This document shows, one piece after another, positions 25,790 through 34,238 of a stretch of DNA of 43,215 nucleotides. The stretch is taken from positions 1 to 43,215 of the IMG/VR virus record IMGVR_UViG_3300044475_000022, one strand, 5' to 3'. Numbering within the stretch: the first letter of the stretch is position 1; each line of letters begins with the position of its first letter. Position numbers and translations under genes: made by a program. The DNA comes from a virus (taxonomy: Duplodnaviria > Caudoviricetes). The notes beneath the pieces were generated by a model. It worked only from the letters and a program-made list of their open reading frames with translations, did no database searches and was not told the DNA's origin.

Positions 25790-26619
25790 CCATCCTTACA
25801 TTCCCCTTGCAAGCGACAGACGCTGTAGCGCAGCAGATCGCCACGCCTGGTGGTGTTCCAAACGCATCCTATCTGTACATCGGATTCCAGTCAGCACCTA
25901 GCGCCGGCACGGTGCTGATTGAAGGCTTGCGCCCGGGTTCCACGACTTGGACGACGATCTACAACGGAACGGCATTCGGAGCACAGCGAATGTGCGACGG
26001 TGGGTACGGCCCGTTGCGCGTGACATTCATAGGTCTGACAGGTGGTTCCTCACCATCGTTGAGCATTGTGCCGGCGCAAACCGTGATGTTCCCTTCTGTG
26101 CTGTATACAGATGGAGGGTTTGGACCCTATTCGCGATTGCGCGTAGATGTTGACCAAACAAGTTTTTGGCAGGGATTGCAATACCGTAGCTTCCGAGAAA
26201 TCAACATCCCAAGCGGTACTACCGAGGTAATCAAAGTTGTTGTTCCTGTGAACACGGTGCTTTTTGATGTTTCACTTACTTTGGATGCAAGCTCAGTCCG
26301 TTTGCGGACGCTAAGCGGAGGTACTGCGGGAGGCACGTTTGGCACAATATTGCCTGTTTTGCGAAAAAGCACCATGACGGACACACCTGTTATTCTGGCG
26401 CAGAACTCACTTTCCTCTGGAGGCACACACTCTGGAGGGTCGGACATTGATGTTATTCGGCTTGTTGTTGCAGGAGCAACGGCTCAGCAATCCAGCGTTG
26501 GTAGCAAGCCATATGACCAGCGCGGCGTAGGCCCAGGAACTTACTATTGGAGGCTTGAGAACATCGGTAATGCGGCAGCTACTGGTGTATTTTCTTGTTG
26601 GTGGGAAGAGCGTCCATAA
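25786..26619 (+). CDS. hypothetical beta-rich protein, possibly virion-associated
   Basis: Gly/Thr/Ser-rich 277 aa, coupled to the Rz stop, last gene of the late operon. Confidence 0.7.
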   Translation: MTILTFPLQATDAVAQQIATPGGVPNASYLYIGFQSAPSAGTVLIEGLRPGSTTWTTIYNGTAFGAQRMCDGGYGPLRVTFIGLTGGSSPSLSIVPAQTVMFPSVLYTDGGFGPYSRLRVDVDQTSFWQGLQYRSFREINIPSGTTEVIKVVVPVNTVLFDVSLTLDASSVRLRTLSGGTAGGTFGTILPVLRKSTMTDTPVILAQNSLSSGGTHSGGSDIDVIRLVVAGATAQQSSVGSKPYDQRGVGPGTYYWRLENIGNAAATGVFSCWWEERP

Positions 26620-26621
26620 AG

Positions 26622-26643
26622 AAAGCCCCTTGCGGGGCTTTTT
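26622..26643. terminator. bidirectional terminator where the two arms converge
   Basis: aaagcccc-ttgc-ggggctttt flanked by A and T runs. Confidence 0.8.
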
Positions 26644-26645
26644 GA

Positions 26646-27212
26646 TCACTCGCCTTTTGCTAGCTGTCTGGCTAAGGCGGTGTATTTTTTCTTGATGGCC
26701 TTCAGTTCTTCAATGGTGTACTTCTTCACCGACTGATCGGCCTCAAGAGCTTCCACCGCTTCAAGGCCAATTCTGGCGATCAGGCCCAAGCGGTAGTCCA
26801 CCGCGCGCCCTGCACCCCATCGGTTGCAGACTTTTCGCTGTGCGTGCGCATTGCGTTCATCAAAGCGAAGATGCGGCGCGCTCCCGACAGATCGAAAGTG
26901 TCCGCAATCGTATGCCCCGCCTACATCACCAGATCGGAGTGGCTGACCGCAGCAAATGCAGGGTTGGCCTGCATCTCGCGCCCGAATGTAGGCATTGAAT
27001 GCTGTCTGTGCTTCCTTCGTCCAGTCGCGCGCGGTCTTTAGCTTCTCCTTGCGCTCTCGGTCAACTTTGCGCTGATGCTTGGCTTCCGCCTTTTGCGCGC
27101 GCTCTCGCTTTGACTTGGCGATGTTGAGCGCGCATAGGGTTGAACATGCAGTCTGCAGTGGCCGCGAAGGCGTGAACGGATCTCCGCAGCCCTTGCACTT
27201 TTTCTCTTTCAA
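26646..27212 (-). CDS. ninG: NinG/Rap recombination endonuclease
   Basis: KKCKGC, AQTAFNAYIRARD..PCICCG, DCGHFRSVGSAPHLRFDERN. Confidence 0.9.
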   Translation of the reverse strand: MKEKKCKGCGDPFTPSRPLQTACSTLCALNIAKSKRERAQKAEAKHQRKVDRERKEKLKTARDWTKEAQTAFNAYIRARDAGQPCICCGQPLRSGDVGGAYDCGHFRSVGSAPHLRFDERNAHAQRKVCNRWGAGRAVDYRLGLIARIGLEAVEALEADQSVKKYTIEELKAIKKKYTALARQLAKGE

Positions 27213-27790
27213 GGCATGGCCTTTCCGATGGCGGCGGCGGAGCGGACGATGGCGCGGCCATGATTTTCTGTGAACCCATTGGCTGCACGAAACGCCTTGA
27301 CTGTGCGCTCTGCTTCTTGGATGTCTACAAACAAACCGAGATGGTGATGCTTCCCGTTAACACTCGCCTGGGCAACCCACTTCTCGCGCTGTTTATGCCA
27401 ACAAACTCCTGGAATACCAGACGTATTGGTGCTTTTGCGCGTGCCATTTCTTTGATTCAGTTCCTTAGGAACATCGCGCAGGTTTGCCATGCGATTGTCG
27501 AGCTTGTTTTGGTTGATATGGTCAATTTCCCAATGCGGTGGATGACCATAAACAATGAACCATGCAAGACGGTGCGTGCGAACCTTGAACGTAGAACCCG
27601 ATCCGAATCGAAAAGAAATTCGACGATATCCCTTGTCATCAATCGTGCCGCACTCTTTGCCCGCGTATCTTGAATTCCATCTTGCTGCGTCATTTTCTCC
27701 ATCAGGCTTCCGCAGCCAAGTCATAGACCCAGTATCAGCGTCGTAGCTGACCGCCTTGGCCGCCATTTCCAACAATTCACGGTCGTTCAT
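27209..27790 (-). CDS. HNH homing-type endonuclease with AP2-like DNA-binding domain
   Basis: HRLAWFIVYG..P..EIDHINQNKLDNRMANLR; NTSGIPGVCWHKQREKWVAQ. Confidence 0.85.
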   Translation of the reverse strand: MNDRELLEMAAKAVSYDADTGSMTWLRKPDGENDAARWNSRYAGKECGTIDDKGYRRISFRFGSGSTFKVRTHRLAWFIVYGHPPHWEIDHINQNKLDNRMANLRDVPKELNQRNGTRKSTNTSGIPGVCWHKQREKWVAQASVNGKHHHLGLFVDIQEAERTVKAFRAANGFTENHGRAIVRSAAAIGKAMP

Positions 27791-28044
27791 TCCATCTCCT
27801 TCATTCGTTGATATTCGGCCTTGACTTCCTCATGCGCGCGCCGCCAGTCATCGCCGAACATCGCGCGCAGGGCGTTGCGATACCCGGGTGTCAAGGCGTC
27901 GGCTTGCATGGACGCGTGGTAGCTCGGGCCATGGGCTAGCGCGCGCACTTGACAACCTCGGCAGTTGGCATGAAACCCAGGCCAGTGCTTTTGGTTCTGA
28001 GCTTGCGCGCAGTCCAAACAACCTGCAATGCGTGAAAGTTTCAT
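27787..28044 (-). CDS. hypothetical Cys-containing protein
   Basis: CLDC...CRGC pairs; coupled. Confidence 0.6.
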   Translation of the reverse strand: MKLSRIAGCLDCAQAQNQKHWPGFHANCRGCQVRALAHGPSYHASMQADALTPGYRNALRAMFGDDWRRAHEEVKAEYQRMKEME

Positions 28045-28127
28045 GCTAGCTTCTCCAGTATCAGCCACGCGATAAAAGGCGATGATGGTAACAATGCGCA
28101 CATAGCGCCTAGGATTGCTGGGTGCAT
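28041..28127 (-). CDS. small hydrophobic peptide
   Basis: MHPAILGAMCALLPSSPFIAWLILEKLA; GGAG RBS; fills the gap. Confidence 0.4.
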   Translation of the reverse strand: MHPAILGAMCALLPSSPFIAWLILEKLA

Positions 28128-28128
28128 T

Positions 28129-28353
28129 TCACTCTCCCTGCTTGGCTGCTTGGGTGGCGCGCTCGGGGCAGTTTTTTGGTGGCGCTTTATCGCCATCGAT
28201 GTTGATCCCGTAATCTGGTCGCTTTGGGTGGCGGCAGAACCAGTACACATGGGCCGGGGTGCTGGTGAATGGGCAGTCGTGCTCGCGGACGTTGTTGGTA
28301 GCGTGCGGGCAATGTCTGCACTTTGAAACTTCATGGACAACAGTAACTTGCAT
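28129..28353 (-). CDS. hypothetical Cys/His-rich protein
   Basis: MQVTVVHEVSKCRHCPH...WFCRHP...NCP; ends RATQAAKQGE. Confidence 0.6.
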   Translation of the reverse strand: MQVTVVHEVSKCRHCPHATNNVREHDCPFTSTPAHVYWFCRHPKRPDYGINIDGDKAPPKNCPERATQAAKQGE

Positions 28354-28634
28354 CACGCACCCCCTTGCTTGGCTTGGGCTGCAAGGGCGGCGAAGAAAAT
28401 AGCACGCGCCTTTTTCCGCATGTCTTCCCGGCCTTGCTCCGGCATGTGATCCCATGGGTAGTCGAACAATTCCGCAATGACCTGTGCCACGCGGTCTGTT
28501 GCCTGCGCATCCATTTCCCGCTTCAGCGCCTCGTTCTCGGCGTGCAGGCGGCGCAGTTCTGCGGCTGCTCGGTGACATCTGTTTGCTTCCAAATTTTCAG
28601 CCAAGCGCAGCGCCTCTGGTTGTTGATCTGTCAT
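28353..28634 (-). CDS. hypothetical protein
   Basis: QPEALRLAE...AAAELRRLHAENEAL common phage motif; ends AAQAKQGGA. Confidence 0.7.
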   Translation of the reverse strand: MTDQQPEALRLAENLEANRCHRAAAELRRLHAENEALKREMDAQATDRVAQVIAELFDYPWDHMPEQGREDMRKKARAIFFAALAAQAKQGGA

Positions 28635-28655
28635 TTCATTTCCTTCAGAATAAAT

Positions 28656-28835
28656 TTAACGCTTTCTTCCACGCTTGGATGCCTCATCCTTCCATTGCGC
28701 ACGCTTCCTTTGCCTAGATATTCTTGCGCTTGTTACGTCATATCCAACACTGATAGACGACTCATCTATGCGATGAACTGAAGTGATCGCAAGGATTTCT
28801 GTCACCACGCGCTCAAATAGTTTTCTCTTACGCAT
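28656..28835 (-). CDS. small basic hypothetical protein (59 aa, not in ORF track)
   Basis: MRKRKLFERVVTEIL...AQWKDEASKRGRKR; start overlaps the upstream stop. Confidence 0.5.
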   Translation of the reverse strand: MRKRKLFERVVTEILAITSVHRIDESSISVGYDVTSARISRQRKRAQWKDEASKRGRKR

Positions 28836-29029
28836 TAAGTCGCCCTTTCATCATCAATCGTATTGATATCAACGCCAACTGACTTAAGCAGCTTTTCGTC
28901 GCAATACTTCCTCATCCATACAGGAATGTCTTTCTTGCTTCGAGCCAAAACCGTTCGGTCAAGGCTTTCATCATCAATCCGCTTCATAGCCAGCCCCACC
29001 AGCTTTAAATAATCACGCCCACACGCCAA
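28835..29029 (-). CDS. hypothetical protein (start uncertain, possibly 28987)
   Basis: fills the operon gap. Confidence 0.5.
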   Translation of the reverse strand: MACGRDYLKLVGLAMKRIDDESLDRTVLARSKKDIPVWMRKYCDEKLLKSVGVDINTIDDERAT

Positions 29030-29225
29030 GAAAGTAGCACGGTATGGCGAGAAATCCGGAAATAGCCCCTGACACTAATGTATACAACGCCACTCCTAAA
29101 AACGCGCTGAAGTCACGATGAACAATTGAAAAAACAAGGGCTGGAGCGCACGCAAACGCAAAAAGTGCAGACATTCCCGTGAATGCAACGAATGGCACCA
29201 AGAACAATAATTGCAATCCGTTCAT
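29013..29225 (-). CDS. small two-TM membrane protein
   Basis: almost entirely hydrophobic, 70 aa. Confidence 0.6.
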   Translation of the reverse strand: MNGLQLLFLVPFVAFTGMSALFAFACAPALVFSIVHRDFSAFLGVALYTLVSGAISGFLAIPCYFLGVWA

Positions 29226-29383
29226 TTCTTTTCCTTGTTTATCCACTTCATGGCTAGGATGATGCTCAGTGGCAGAGCCTCCCGTTTCAATAGCCGCGCA
29301 TACGTCCTACGGCTCACCCCCAAAGCAGCAGCAGCCGTGTCGTAGGTGAAGCCGTGGCGCGCTTGCCAGTCACGCAGGGTCAT
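29222..29383 (-). CDS. XRE-type HTH protein
   Basis: LRDWQARHGFTYDTAAAALGVSRRTYARL; AAGGAG RBS. Confidence 0.75.
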   Translation of the reverse strand: MTLRDWQARHGFTYDTAAAALGVSRRTYARLLKREALPLSIILAMKWINKEKK

Positions 29384-29426
29384 GGCATCGCACTCCTTTA
29401 TGTGTAAGCCCCGTGGGGCTTGGCGG

Positions 29427-29636
29427 TTAGTTGTCTTCATCATCATCCAAGTCTTCTCGGATTGACCATTGATGAGAGTAAATCCAGATAGTGGCACTAT
29501 GCCCTGATACGTCTAGCCTGCCTCCATCAAAGCTAAAGCTCAAAGCACCATCGTGCTCAAACCGAGCAAGCACCACTTCGCCGCCATGCTCTCTGTATGC
29601 GTCATCACCCCAATCAACTACTTTGTACTTTGCCAT
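29427..29636 (-). CDS. hypothetical protein
   Basis: GAGG RBS, first gene after a dedicated promoter. Confidence 0.7.
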   Translation of the reverse strand: MAKYKVVDWGDDAYREHGGEVVLARFEHDGALSFSFDGGRLDVSGHSATIWIYSHQWSIREDLDDDEDN

Positions 29637-29683
29637 CTTTACCTCTCATCGCGGCTATGCGTTATTGCTGTGCCTATGGATGA

Positions 29684-29712
29684 AGTGTAATGCCACTTTG
29701 GCACCGATGCAA
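29684..29712 (-). promoter_or_regulatory. sigma70 promoter with palindromic operator in the spacer
   Basis: TTGCAT, 17 bp, TACACT on - strand; TGCCA-N3-TGGCA at 29691-29703. Confidence 0.7.
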
Positions 29713-29743
29713 TGGGTTTTTTCGCAATCCGACAGACGGCATG

Positions 29744-29764
29744 AAAAAACCCGCCGAAGCGGGT
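29744..29764 (-). terminator. intrinsic terminator after portal
   Basis: acccgc-ttcg-gcgggt followed by a T-run on - strand. Confidence 0.8.
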
Positions 29765-29768
29765 CTTG

Positions 29769-31430
29769 TTACTTTGCGTCCTCTTTGGCAAATTCCTTGC
29801 CTACTGACTGCGGGATGCCTAGGGTGCTCTCACCATGCGCGGCGGCCTGCATCGCGCGCCTTTGTGCTTCGCTGACGCTCTTGTCTGTGGCTGGCGCTTC
29901 GTCTGTCAGGCCCAGCGCGCCAGCCATCTCTGCATCCGGGTCTTGACCTTCATCCACAAATGGCGCCTCCGACACGTCAATGCCGGCGTATCCGCTTTCG
30001 GCGTCCGAAGAGATGCGTTCGCGCACTTCCTCTGGAGCAAGCACGCCACGGTCAACGTAGGTCGCGTCGGCGTTGGCGTTGTTCACGCGAATCTCGCTCA
30101 ACTCCTTGGCGGTCACTTGCCACAACGGGTTGTACTTCCAGCTAATAGTGGGATCAATCTCGCCCCACAGGCTGAGCTGAATCACCTTGATGCAGGTGTC
30201 CAGCGGATCCTTCCACACGCTTTCCTGCAAGCTGCTGATCCAGTCGTAGAACACGCGGATTTCACCATCGCTGGATGCGTTGAGTCCGCTCGGGCTGATG
30301 CCGGTCAGGATCATTGCTGGCATGCGGGACACGACGCAAAGCTGCTCTAGGGCCTGGCCTTGCAGGTCGGATAGGCCGGACAGCGGGGTATTGAGCTGCA
30401 CAAGCTCTTCGCCCTCTTGGTCCAGCATCATCAGACCCTTATTTGACCGGTACAGCGTGAACAAATCTGCGCGCGCCGCCAGGTCAGTGCCGTCGCAACT
30501 GCCTTGCAACACGTTCTGCATGTTGGTTTTCAGCGCCGTGATGGAGAAGTTATTCACAAGATCGCTAATGCTCTGGCGTGTGCGCAGCCAGTTATCCACA
30601 TACCTCTCTGCAAGTTGAGACAGGCTCATTCCGCTGAAGTTGTATGCGGGCTTTAGCATGTCGGGCAGCGGGCGGCTGATGATGGTCAGCAAGCGCGATG
30701 CGTGGTACTTCTTGCCCAGAACGAACCACGACCGAGGTTTGTAGAAGTCCGGCGCGGTTGGGTCAATGGCGTTGTACTCGTTGGGAGTAGACCACATAGG
30801 CTCAACGCACGAGAAACGCTCCAGGCTTCCTTTGGGAACCGTGTTTGGCGACAGAACCAGTGGATATTCAGGGTCTTGGTTCTTGAGCGTGATAGCAATC
30901 TGCGCACGCCCAAAGAAACAATCGTGCTGTGCGGCCAGTTTGAATACGTTCTTCAGTCCCAGCCGGTCGATTTCCTTCTTTAGCTCCTCGATTCGTTCAT
31001 TGTCCTGGTTGGCATCCGTGCCTTTCTCGTTGTTTCCGCCATTAGCGCCACAAAAACTTATCCACTCGCGCGTAAGCTCCCCGGCCATAGCATCAGCAAA
31101 GGCGCGGTACTCGGGGCGCGTTGCGAGCTGGGCTAGGTATGGGTAGCCTGGAAACGGCTGAAACCCTGCGCCATTGCACCCTTGCTGCGCATAGGCATAA
31201 ATGTCCGCGCACGAATCCATCGCCACCGCAGGCTTCTCACCATCCGGCACCACGCCTTTAGGCAACACTGGCGCGCTTAAAAGATAGCTCTTTGGCGTCA
31301 TACTCTCCCGCGCCTTATCCGCAGCACGGCGCAGCGCCAATCCTGCATCCATAGCGACTGTTTGATTTTGCGCAACTGGCGCGGGCTGGCGTGTGTAGGG
31401 TTTGCGTCGTTTTGGCACTGATGGCTCCAT
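29769..31430 (-). CDS. portal protein (DUF1073 family)
   Basis: FPGYPYLAQLATRPEYR, HASRLL, LTGISPSGLNASSDGE; follows TerL. Confidence 0.9.
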   Translation of the reverse strand: MEPSVPKRRKPYTRQPAPVAQNQTVAMDAGLALRRAADKARESMTPKSYLLSAPVLPKGVVPDGEKPAVAMDSCADIYAYAQQGCNGAGFQPFPGYPYLAQLATRPEYRAFADAMAGELTREWISFCGANGGNNEKGTDANQDNERIEELKKEIDRLGLKNVFKLAAQHDCFFGRAQIAITLKNQDPEYPLVLSPNTVPKGSLERFSCVEPMWSTPNEYNAIDPTAPDFYKPRSWFVLGKKYHASRLLTIISRPLPDMLKPAYNFSGMSLSQLAERYVDNWLRTRQSISDLVNNFSITALKTNMQNVLQGSCDGTDLAARADLFTLYRSNKGLMMLDQEGEELVQLNTPLSGLSDLQGQALEQLCVVSRMPAMILTGISPSGLNASSDGEIRVFYDWISSLQESVWKDPLDTCIKVIQLSLWGEIDPTISWKYNPLWQVTAKELSEIRVNNANADATYVDRGVLAPEEVRERISSDAESGYAGIDVSEAPFVDEGQDPDAEMAGALGLTDEAPATDKSVSEAQRRAMQAAAHGESTLGIPQSVGKEFAKEDAK

Positions 31431-31448
31431 AGCGTAACTGGTTGAATT

Positions 31449-33299
31449 CTATCGCCTACCTGCGGCAGCGAGCGCGGCGGGACTGATTCGCATTGGCCCG
31501 CGCCCGTGCACCATATCAGCCACTGCATCCATCATGGGGTCAATCTGGTCGTCATGGGTGCCTGACGGGAATTGCGCAGCCTCGGTGATGAAGTCAGACA
31601 ACCAAGGTGCATCTGATGGAAGATACACCGCGCCCGCCGCGATTGTTGGCAGAACGTCCATAGCGCGCGTCACCTTATCAGTGCTGCGCTTGATCCCCTT
31701 CACAGGGACGTTTTCTCGCTTGAGCGTTTGAATCAAGCCCGTGCCGGATACTTTGTCCTCGATGGCAAACTCACGCAGCGCGCTGCCTTCAATAGCTTTG
31801 TGCTTTCGCCAAAATGCGCGCGCATGGGTAAGCAGGTCAGGCGCTTCCCACTTCCCCCGGATTTGGTCAATCAGATAAGCCGCGCCTTGGCCGTCATAGC
31901 CCCACACTTGCAGCACGCTAAAGTCATTTTGCTCATTGGTCTTTTGCGCAGTGTCGGCAAACATCTTGCGGTATTGGAGCTTTGGCAGCGCGTCGTAATA
32001 ACGCCAATCTCCAGTTTTGAACAAGTTTCCACCCAGCGCCACCGGGCTTTGCTGATACATCGCTGACCAAAAGTAATCGCCAAGCGTGGTCTTGGTTTCA
32101 AGCAACTTGTCGATTGGGTGAAGCTCTGGCACCAGGGCTTGGCCGTCATCGCTGATCGCCTTGAACGCAAGAACCTTTGCCTTAGGGTTTTTCTCAATCA
32201 CTTTCCCCGACAAGTCATCAGTAGCCCAGCGCGTTGCCATGATGATCTGCCCGCTGTTCTTTGACAGTCGCGTCATGAAAGTTGAGGTGTACCAATTCCA
32301 AATGCCGTCCTTGACGGTTTGCGACAGGGCCTCTTTGGAATTTTTTATTGGGTCATCGATGATGCCGCAGTTGTGGACTAGCACGCCATTTGCAAAGAAG
32401 TTTGAATCGCCTTCTACTTGAATATCGTAAACAGTCGCGCTTTTTCGGGATGGCTTGCACTCAATGACTTTTGAGTTGTACACCCCTTGCTCATCAATGC
32501 ACAAAAGCCTGCTGCCAGGCTTTGCTTTTTTTGCTTCGGTGTAACTGCCATTTATGTAGATTTTGTGCTCCTCCGTGCATTCAATTTCTTTCCCGCACGA
32601 AGTAACAATCCGCAAAATGTTTTTTGCTTCTATCTCTCTGAAAGCAAGTAGGCGACCGAATGATGGGTTTCGGCCATCAAATGACCTAACGCGCACATTG
32701 CCCACCAGTTTAGACATCGCCTCGATAGGCACGTCACCGGAATCAGTCTTAATCATGGTGCCAGCCACAAAGCAATCCAAGCGCTTCCCAGTGAGGGGGC
32801 CACCTACGCCTTGGCTGACATACACACCCTTGTGCCCCATTATTTCAAAGGTGTCGCTGTTTCGCTTGGCTTCCATTTCCACGGTAACGACGCGCTTTTG
32901 GTTGAGCGCGGACGCTGGGAATAGCCGTTTGTATTCTTCGCCCAACATTATGCGCTGAACGTCTCGGTTCATGTCGCTGGCCAGGTCTTTCGCGTATGAC
33001 AGACCACCGACGCGCAGGTCTGGGTATTTTCCAAACATGTACGCAGGCAAATAGCGGCTGACGATCTGGCTCTTACCGTGCTGGGGCGGAGCGCCAAGAA
33101 CCAACACAGGGCGCAACCCTTCCGCCATGTCAATCAGGAACTGATCCAAAGCCGCGCACACCTCACGCGAGAAGTCGCTGACCACATATTCCGGGTCGAG
33201 GTAGCAGATAAAGTCTTGCAGGTTGCTTCGCGCTTTTCTGCGATTCAAAAGCTCTTGCGCGGCCTTAGCCCTCAGCGACAAGTTTTGCGAGTTGTTCAT
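31449..33299 (-). CDS. terL: terminase large subunit containing an intein
   Basis: Walker A PPQHGKS, Walker B GIIDDP, MATRW, nuclease DTA...HDDQIDP. Confidence 0.95.
   Translation of the reverse strand: MNNSQNLSLRAKAAQELLNRRKARSNLQDFICYLDPEYVVSDFSREVCAALDQFLIDMAEGLRPVLVLGAPPQHGKSQIVSRYLPAYMFGKYPDLRVGGLSYAKDLASDMNRDVQRIMLGEEYKRLFPASALNQKRVVTVEMEAKRNSDTFEIMGHKGVYVSQGVGGPLTGKRLDCFVAGTMIKTDSGDVPIEAMSKLVGNVRVRSFDGRNPSFGRLLAFREIEAKNILRIVTSCGKEIECTEEHKIYINGSYTEAKKAKPGSRLLCIDEQGVYNSKVIECKPSRKSATVYDIQVEGDSNFFANGVLVHNCGIIDDPIKNSKEALSQTVKDGIWNWYTSTFMTRLSKNSGQIIMATRWATDDLSGKVIEKNPKAKVLAFKAISDDGQALVPELHPIDKLLETKTTLGDYFWSAMYQQSPVALGGNLFKTGDWRYYDALPKLQYRKMFADTAQKTNEQNDFSVLQVWGYDGQGAAYLIDQIRGKWEAPDLLTHARAFWRKHKAIEGSALREFAIEDKVSGTGLIQTLKRENVPVKGIKRSTDKVTRAMDVLPTIAAGAVYLPSDAPWLSDFITEAAQFPSGTHDDQIDPMMDAVADMVHGRGPMRISPAALAAAGRR
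32370..32774 (-). mobile_element. mini-intein (135 aa, Hint domain only) in TerL
   Basis: starts CFVAGT, block B CTEEHKI, block F VYDIQV, ends FFANGVLVHN followed by extein Cys. Confidence 0.92.
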
Positions 33300-33816
33300 C
33301 AGTCAAATCAGAAACTACGACTACAGGCTTGGGACTCATGCTGCCGTCAGTGCTGGTGTGGTCGGTTGTCACGCGGTCTCCATATCGCTTGGGATCCCAC
33401 TTCGCCAGCAGCTTGAGGCGGGTTTCAATTCTCAGCTTGGATCGCTGTACATGCTCTCCGTTCAAAACGTATCCTGCGTCACCATCATCGCCTTGGCGCT
33501 CCATCCAGTCATTTCGGGCATCGTCAGCAATCTCCAGGCATTCGTCCGCAATCACGTCAAAGCCGAGTAAACGCGCGCGCGCGATGGCTTCGGCTAACTC
33601 TGGCCGGGCATTCACCCAGTCATACCAAGTCGTAACCCCAATTTTCATTTCTCTCAGCACTGGGGCCAGCGGTTCGCCATTTGATACGCGCATTACCACT
33701 TCGTCCGCTTTCTCTTGCGTGAAGGTCGATTGCGCGCCGCGTGGGCGCTTGGTGTTAGCTTGTTGATGGTTGGTTAGCTTGTCGGCCAGTGCCTGCTGTT
33801 CAGGTGTTAGTGCCAT
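33265..33816 (-). CDS. terS: terminase small subunit
   Basis: HTH-like N-terminal half, LEIADD, RSKLRIETRLKLLAKWDPKRYGD; upstream of terL. Confidence 0.85.
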   Translation of the reverse strand: MALTPEQQALADKLTNHQQANTKRPRGAQSTFTQEKADEVVMRVSNGEPLAPVLREMKIGVTTWYDWVNARPELAEAIARARLLGFDVIADECLEIADDARNDWMERQGDDGDAGYVLNGEHVQRSKLRIETRLKLLAKWDPKRYGDRVTTDHTSTDGSMSPKPVVVVSDLTDEQLAKLVAEG

Positions 33817-33819
33817 CTA

Positions 33820-34014
33820 TCAATTCTCCTTTGCCCCCGCTGTGCCAAAGAACTGCTCCAGCTTGAAGCCATACAGGTCGCATAGTATCTTCATCGCGGC
33901 TCTTGCTTTTTCTGCTTCATCTTGAAAGATATGACCATCCGCATCAATCCATCCTTTGATGCTGCCAAGTGCTATTTCCACCGCCTCGCGCGTTGTCAGT
34001 TGAATCTGTGTCAT
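33820..34014 (-). CDS. hypothetical protein
   Basis: MTQIQLTTRE..., coupled. Confidence 0.6.
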   Translation of the reverse strand: MTQIQLTTREAVEIALGSIKGWIDADGHIFQDEAEKARAAMKILCDLYGFKLEQFFGTAGAKEN

Positions 34015-34238
34015 TTCTCTACTTTCGCTGGTCGCTTGGTTAACGAAATCATCCAATGCAGGTTGCAACGGATTGATGCGCGCTCGATGTTCGTCCAAAT
34101 CTCTGACGCCATCTTAGGAAGCCATTCGCGCTCTGTACGTTCTGGTCTTTGACTGTGCCACCACCAGACGCCCGAAGCGTCTCTTGCCGCCCATCGCGCC
34201 CAATCAGGCGCATTGCTCCAATCAATTGGCGGCGTCAT
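34011..34238 (-). CDS. hypothetical Trp-rich protein
   Basis: IDWSNAPDWARWAARDASGVWWWHSQRP common phage motif. Confidence 0.7.
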   Translation of the reverse strand: MTPPIDWSNAPDWARWAARDASGVWWWHSQRPERTEREWLPKMASEIWTNIERASIRCNLHWMISLTKRPAKVEK

